DNA of 64,000 nt from a virus (taxonomy: Duplodnaviria; Caudoviricetes), in the IMG/VR virus record IMGVR_UViG_3300033075_001536, positions 106,679 to 170,678 of that record; one strand, written 5' to 3'. Made by a program: the position numbers and the translations under genes. This document shows, in pieces, positions 58,926-64,000 of this stretch; positions within the stretch are counted from its first letter, which is position 1; the number at the start of each line of letters is the position of its first letter. The notes beneath the pieces were generated by a model, which saw only the letters and a program-made list of their open reading frames with translations, searched no databases and was not told the DNA's origin.

Positions 58926-59774
58926 TTAAAATGGTAATTCACTATCTGAATCTATTTTGCTCAAATCAACTTCTTCATCATCTGCAAATAGACTTCCTTG
59001 TTTTTTTGTGGATCCGCCACTTATTGGTGTTGATTCACTACTTGCTGGTGGAAGTGCTTTTGTTTCTTTTTCTGATGAAGAAACCCCTCCATTATACTCA
59101 AATCTAAATTGCAAAATTGGAAATTTCTCTTTACTTTGATATAGCTCAACTCCCGAATCATATTGTGGTAGAATATCACTTTTCAATCTTGTTACCGCGT
59201 CAAAAATTTTAAGTAAGCTCTTTATTTTTTCTTTTGGGTGTAGATAAGTATAAATATCAATATCTAGACCATCATATATAACATCAGCTTCAATTCCAGT
59301 ATTTTTAAATAACTGTCTAACTAGATAGGTTAAGTTTTCCATATCCGCATTCAAGTCATCTTCAGTATATCCTTCTTTAAATTCTATTTTGGACTTATCT
59401 GATTTAACTGTAATTAGATCTTCCTCGTCTTCTAATTCCTCTTCCTCATCTTCTTTTTTAAGAAGCGCTTCTATATCTTTTGAGGCATATTCTAATTCAT
59501 CATCTGTTGGCTCGCGTTCAACATTTTCTTTTACATCAGGCTTTTTCTCAATGCTAGATGGCATATAATCATCATCACTCTCATCGATATGTCCGCCAAG
59601 TTCTCGTTTTCTATCATAATATCTTTTAGCTTTTAGAGTTTCTTCATCCTCTTTTTCTTTAAGATCACCATGATTTCTAGATTCCTTTTTCTTAAAAGGA
59701 ACATTTTCATCACGAACAATATGTTCACCAATTAAGCCATCATTAAACTTTTCTAAATATTTCTTTATTCTCAT
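58926..59774 (-). CDS. acidic hypothetical protein, CTS-like N-terminus
   Basis: 282 aa. Confidence 0.55.
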   Translation of the reverse strand: MRIKKYLEKFNDGLIGEHIVRDENVPFKKKESRNHGDLKEKEDEETLKAKRYYDRKRELGGHIDESDDDYMPSSIEKKPDVKENVEREPTDDELEYASKDIEALLKKEDEEEELEDEEDLITVKSDKSKIEFKEGYTEDDLNADMENLTYLVRQLFKNTGIEADVIYDGLDIDIYTYLHPKEKIKSLLKIFDAVTRLKSDILPQYDSGVELYQSKEKFPILQFRFEYNGGVSSSEKETKALPPASSESTPISGGSTKKQGSLFADDEEVDLSKIDSDSELPF

Positions 59775-61345
59775 TTTAGTTCTATTTTAATGTATTCGTC
59801 CTGGAAAACGATGTCTGGATCTATCTTATGTTTATTCATCATTACAGATATTTTTAATAAATCATTGTGTATTTCTACTAAGGGCTCATCTAATTCTATT
59901 CTCAGATATACTGCATCACTATCACCAATTAGTTTATTTGAACAAGCAATTCCAGATTTTCTAAATTCTTCAATAAATGGTTGATATTTTCTAAGAATTT
60001 CGCTATTAAATCCAATATTTCTTCTCAATACTAATTTTTCCCAATCAACCTGAACACACGACTGAGCTAGTCTTTCTAAGAAAGATATATTTTGAATCTC
60101 ATCATGTGTATGCTCATTGAAATATCCGACAGATATGTTGGTACACTCTGGTATTAATTCAATAAATGCTGCTGAGTCTGTCCAAACACCTGTTGGATCT
60201 AGTGACATATTTAGTTTTCCGCTTTTATTTAATTCTTTACACAAATCTGTTCCAAATTCATTAGAGCAACAAACTCTACCACCTTGTGATGTAATAACCG
60301 ATCCATATCTTTTCCTATCAAATGATACACATTTTTTAATGTGATGTAAATGAGTAGCATCTGTCCAGTTATTTGCTACTGCCCTTGATCCAATTCCACC
60401 TCTTTCTTCGCCAATAAAGAAATAATACATACCTGGTACATTATGTGCCATCATATATAACATAACAGTAACTCCTGCTTTATCATCTGCTCCCAATATA
60501 GACCCATCGGTTTGAAAAATATCATCATTTCCTTCTTTATAGGTGTGTATTTTGGTCTTTTTCTGTTCTCTATCTGCTGTATCTAGGTGTGAGGTAAACA
60601 TAGTATTTGATTTACCAATAACCTTGTAATAGTTACCGTGTCTATCTTCTTCTAGTTTTGGTAAAAATTGTAAAACTTCCTTTTCGTGTGGGTTACCAGA
60701 AAAGTGTGGATAGGTTTTAGTGGTTAGTGATAAAAAAGTATTTCTAACATTTGTTGGATCATATTTAAATGCTGGAACTTCTACTCTTGTTCCTAGCTTT
60801 TTAGGTTCTCTATAATAAGAGCTATATCCACTACTGTAATTGCCACGACTATATCCATATTTGGACATTAAATCATCTCCGGTATTTTTAGTTGTGCCAC
60901 TCCATTCTCCTCCATAACCATAATAGTCATCAAATTCACTATATGATGGTGTGGTGGTTGTTTTTGATGTAGTTCCCCCAGTATAAGTTGTTGTTTTCTT
61001 TGGTGTTGTTGTACCAGCACTTGATGTTGGTGTTGTTTTTCCAGCAGCATTATTATATTTCTTAATAAAATCAGAAACATGTTCATTTGGAAACATATCT
61101 GGTCCAAAAATAGATCGTATAATTCTTCCTATTTTCATACTCGACCATTTTCCACCTATTTTTACATTCCAATCAAATGGAACACCAGCAACATCAATAT
61201 CAGTAATGTCTAAGTTATTATCGATGTCTGGGTTTTTTTCTAGTTCAAGAACCTTGTAGGTTATTTCGCTTTTATCCTTAGCCCAAATAGACTCTATAAT
61301 GTCAAAAAATTTATCTGTAAAATTTATTTCTCCTCCCTGAGTCAT
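59771..61345 (-). CDS. M28/M20-type zinc peptidase (paralog 2) with N-terminal KxGR module
   Basis: MKIGRIIRSI; T/G/Y linker; HLDT, GADDKAG, GEERG, FDRK, TDSA, NISVGYFNEHT. Confidence 0.85.
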   Translation of the reverse strand: MTQGGEINFTDKFFDIIESIWAKDKSEITYKVLELEKNPDIDNNLDITDIDVAGVPFDWNVKIGGKWSSMKIGRIIRSIFGPDMFPNEHVSDFIKKYNNAAGKTTPTSSAGTTTPKKTTTYTGGTTSKTTTTPSYSEFDDYYGYGGEWSGTTKNTGDDLMSKYGYSRGNYSSGYSSYYREPKKLGTRVEVPAFKYDPTNVRNTFLSLTTKTYPHFSGNPHEKEVLQFLPKLEEDRHGNYYKVIGKSNTMFTSHLDTADREQKKTKIHTYKEGNDDIFQTDGSILGADDKAGVTVMLYMMAHNVPGMYYFFIGEERGGIGSRAVANNWTDATHLHHIKKCVSFDRKRYGSVITSQGGRVCCSNEFGTDLCKELNKSGKLNMSLDPTGVWTDSAAFIELIPECTNISVGYFNEHTHDEIQNISFLERLAQSCVQVDWEKLVLRRNIGFNSEILRKYQPFIEEFRKSGIACSNKLIGDSDAVYLRIELDEPLVEIHNDLLKISVMMNKHKIDPDIVFQDEYIKIELK

Positions 61346-61354
61346 AGTTGAATA

Positions 61355-61936
61355 TTATTTATTTTTTTTTTCATAGACTATTCTTATAAAGTATTTTCTT
61401 CCAAGATTGGTTGACATGGCATAAAGTCCAGGTCCATGGCAAAAAAGCCCTTTACGATTGAAACCGATGTCTTCCATTCTGTCGTCAATTTCCTCTAACT
61501 CCTCACTATTTTTTATAATTTCCTCTATCTCATTTTCTCCTCCATTTATTATTTTATAATTTTCTCCATAATATTGTCTAATTAGGTAAAATGGGTCATT
61601 ACTGATCTCAAACTCTACTAATATTTCTTTTTTCGGGTATTCATATACCTTAAATCTATTTATATTTGTCCCAGTCTCAAGTCTGTCAAATAGATCAATA
61701 AAAAATTCAAATATATTATATTTTTCTTTTGATTCTTTTTTACCAACATCATTGGTACTTGGATAATCTACTGCCATTTCAAGTGATTGTCTATTTCTTG
61801 ACCAAAATTTTCCATTTTCTAGCCGATGCGATTTGCTGGCATCTTCTATGTATTTTTTTTTCTTATAGATGTTAATATATTTTTTTACTTTACCTTTTAT
61901 AAAGTCGAAAGATTCGTATTCTCTAATATAATTCAT
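61355..61936 (-). CDS. hypothetical protein, CTS-like N-terminus
   Basis: MNYIREYESF; EEIDDRMEDIGF family motif. Confidence 0.55.
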   Translation of the reverse strand: MNYIREYESFDFIKGKVKKYINIYKKKKYIEDASKSHRLENGKFWSRNRQSLEMAVDYPSTNDVGKKESKEKYNIFEFFIDLFDRLETGTNINRFKVYEYPKKEILVEFEISNDPFYLIRQYYGENYKIINGGENEIEEIIKNSEELEEIDDRMEDIGFNRKGLFCHGPGLYAMSTNLGRKYFIRIVYEKKNK

Positions 61937-61953
61937 ACCATATATATTATTTT

Positions 61954-62346
61954 TTAAATTGCAATTTCGTACGCATTTTTATAATCAACCGAAACTTGTC
62001 CTGGATTCATATCTTTTGACTTTTTAACAAATTTTCTTTTACAATAAACAATTTTAGCTTGTTCGTCTTTCGGAGCCTTTGAGTTCTTTTTAGATATTGC
62101 TGCAATTTGTTTTAAAACTTGATCTGTTGGTAATTTATCCTTTATTTTGATGATTAAGTGACTGCCTGGGACACCTTTTGCGTGCATCCATATATCCTCA
62201 TCATCAGCCATATTAAATGTTAGGTGGTCATTAGATTGAGCATCTTTGCCAAGAATAACGACAAAACCATCCACATCATATTTTTTGATATTTGGAAACT
62301 TATCTTTTTTTGATTCAAATAAGTTATATCTTTTTATAAATGTCAT
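61954..62346 (-). CDS. stand-alone NFACT-R (DUF814) RNA-binding domain
   Basis: GKDAQSNDHLT, DIWMHAKGVPGSHLII, FVKK..MNPGQV. Confidence 0.88.
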   Translation of the reverse strand: MTFIKRYNLFESKKDKFPNIKKYDVDGFVVILGKDAQSNDHLTFNMADDEDIWMHAKGVPGSHLIIKIKDKLPTDQVLKQIAAISKKNSKAPKDEQAKIVYCKRKFVKKSKDMNPGQVSVDYKNAYEIAI

Positions 62347-62353
62347 TAGATTA

Positions 62354-62752
62354 TTAGTCTTTTATATAAGGTTCCCAGTTTCCAGCATTAAGTCCTTCTT
62401 CTCCTCTGGATTTTCTTCTTTCACTTTTTATTGGCTTTTTGAGAAGGGATATCAAGTCTTTTAGTTGAGATCCTGTTAGTTCCAATTCTATTTCATTTTC
62501 ACCTTCTTTGGTATCTTGGTATATACAAAGCTTTTCAGATCTATCGATTTTATATTTTCTATTTCTTATTTTGAAAGTGATATTTTCACCATCATCTTCG
62601 AAATTTTTTAATTGTCTATCTTCTATTTGTCTTGTTAAGTATTTTAACAATCCTTCATAGTTCTTTTTCCAATTTTTAGAATCTTTAGCCATTGCTTTCT
62701 TATAAACATGTTCATTTAGACTGAAAGCTTCGAAATTGTTGATATGTTTCAT
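62354..62752 (-). CDS. hypothetical protein, CTS-like N-terminus
   Basis: MKHINNFEAFSLNE. Confidence 0.55.
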   Translation of the reverse strand: MKHINNFEAFSLNEHVYKKAMAKDSKNWKKNYEGLLKYLTRQIEDRQLKNFEDDGENITFKIRNRKYKIDRSEKLCIYQDTKEGENEIELELTGSQLKDLISLLKKPIKSERRKSRGEEGLNAGNWEPYIKD

Positions 62753-62789
62753 TTTTAAAATGTTATTTTTTCTTTTGTATATATTAAAT

Positions 62790-63650
62790 TTAAATAGAGT
62801 ACTTTTGAAGGTGTTTGGTTAAAAATTCTTCTACTTTTTCATAATACGGGATTCTTATTAATATAGAGTTATTGTCCATACACCATTTGCTTTTTATTAC
62901 ATCATTTGTTCTATTTTTTAAAAAAGCTTCTTTTCCACCAAAATAGTCCACTGGTTTATAGTGTTGAATTCCATCAAATTCAATAAATATATTTAACTTA
63001 AACAAGTAAAAATCGAATCGATAGTCTATATCATCTATTTTTATCGAATGCTCTTTTATGTATGAGATATTATGATCATTTAGATAATTTTTAATTATCC
63101 TTTCTCCCTTTGATGAAGAGCAAATAGGACATCCACAATTATTGTATAAAATATTCCCAGGACTGCTTAACCATATATTATTACATAGTAAACATTGGTG
63201 TTTAATTTTTGTGTATGTGTTTGTAAATTCACCAATTAATTTTATGTCTGATGGTATTTTATTAATATAATCATTTTGAGTCATTCTTACTCCAGCACAA
63301 AATGGACATCCATGAATTGATTGTTTGAGTATTTTTGGGGATGTTTCAAATATATTATTACACACTTTACATTTATGTAATAGTTTAGTTTTATAGTTAG
63401 TGTATGCGTCAACTAATTCTGTGTTTTTCTCTACCAGAATTTTTTTATACTCTTCGTATCTTTTCTCACAACTACACTTTAGTCTAAAAAATTCTTTAGG
63501 AGACTTTTTAAAAATCTTATTACACTTTTTACATTTAAATTTAATAGGAGTTTTTGTATTTATGTAGTCGCTGACTCTTATAAATAAGGAATTTTTAATT
63601 CTTTCATCAAATTGTTCATTAGTTATTTTTATTCCTAGTTTACTATACAT
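62790..63650 (-). CDS. Zn-ribbon repeat + Vsr/PD-(D/E)xK-like homing endonuclease
   Basis: Three CxxC...GCPxC-type repeats; SKGE, RFDFY, IEFDGIQHY, LIRIPY; next to MCP. Confidence 0.75.
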   Translation of the reverse strand: MYSKLGIKITNEQFDERIKNSLFIRVSDYINTKTPIKFKCKKCNKIFKKSPKEFFRLKCSCEKRYEEYKKILVEKNTELVDAYTNYKTKLLHKCKVCNNIFETSPKILKQSIHGCPFCAGVRMTQNDYINKIPSDIKLIGEFTNTYTKIKHQCLLCNNIWLSSPGNILYNNCGCPICSSSKGERIIKNYLNDHNISYIKEHSIKIDDIDYRFDFYLFKLNIFIEFDGIQHYKPVDYFGGKEAFLKNRTNDVIKSKWCMDNNSILIRIPYYEKVEEFLTKHLQKYSI

Positions 63651-63707
63651 TTAGCAGGGGCTATTTTTGTTCTATATATAAAATATACTCTACTTCCTGA
63701 GCAAAAA

Positions 63708-63735
63708 TAAACTCCTCTTTTTAGGGAGGAGTTTA
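63708..63735 (-). terminator. terminator after major capsid gene
   Basis: TAAACTCCTC/GAGGAGTTTA hairpin followed by T-run on minus strand. Confidence 0.7.
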
Positions 63736-63757
63736 TGAAATTTGATATATTTCAAGA

Positions 63758-64000
63758 TTAGTTCAAGTATTGAGCTGAATCTTTAACTACTAGAGTCATA
63801 TATTGCTTTTGTGGGAAGAAACCTACTTCGGTTACTGCGTATCTACTTCTTAAAAGCATACGAGGTGCGAAAGTTGCTTCTGATATAACGGAAATACTCT
63901 GGGCCATAAGGTACGGCACAAATATTACACCTGGTTGATCAGGATTGTTCTTTCTTCCGATTAGGATTCTGTTGTCGTTATACTTCATATAAGGGTCAAC
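63758..64000 (-). CDS. major capsid protein, T4 gp23-like (C-terminal end, partial)
   Basis: VDPY...IGRK...PGVIFVPY...TFAPRMLLRSRYA, gp23 C-terminal pattern. Confidence 0.85.
   Translation of the reverse strand, partial: VDPYMKYNDNRILIGRKNNPDQPGVIFVPYLMAQSISVISEATFAPRMLLRSRYAVTEVGFFPQKQYMTLVVKDSAQYLN

Noticed and set aside
440-62464. Many short antisense or alternate-frame ORFs in the track (e.g. 8170-8490, 20511-20978, 27478-27831, 42699-43130)
   Set aside because: They are shadows of longer, motif-supported genes and have atypical S/F/I-rich composition.
1-64000. Stop-codon reassignment as in some large phages
   Set aside because: Genes are full length and densely packed under the standard code, and TAA, TAG and TGA all occur at gene ends.

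Overview
AT-rich segment of a large T4-superfamily-like (jumbo) phage, probably infecting Bacteroidetes (TAnnTTTG -7 promoter boxes, no obvious Shine-Dalgarno sequences, tmRNA resuming at GGC). Standard genetic code. Core genes: C-terminal end of a gp23-like major capsid protein, two tail-fibre-like proteins, a gp41/DnaB helicase, a DinG-like helicase, the N-terminal half of a split family-B polymerase, a PolA-like polymerase, class II RNR, ThyA and two Dam-like methylases. The window is rich in RNA and translation quality-control genes: Ro60/TROVE with two upstream structured RNAs (candidate Y RNAs), a tmRNA with a 28-aa tag, an orphan YoeB, stand-alone NFACT-R, a Trbp-like OB domain, a 2H phosphoesterase, a HAD and a degenerate RNA ligase. 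Three window-wide signals stand out. (1) About 40 proteins start with an MK[HY]LKxF[NE]E-like peptide resembling the T4 capsid-targeting sequence, and many sit 4-6 nt behind an AATATATA box, which suggests leaderless late mRNAs. (2) A bipartite AAACT-N14/15-AATATAA motif precedes replication genes and the ncRNAs. (3) A C-terminal RxxK[IL]xx[IL]L tag occurs on small proteins, several of which look like fragments of the phage's own capsid protein, prohead protease or helicase (cluster 47848-48297). This last set is the best candidate for an undescribed system. All calls come from reading motifs by eye; no database search was run.
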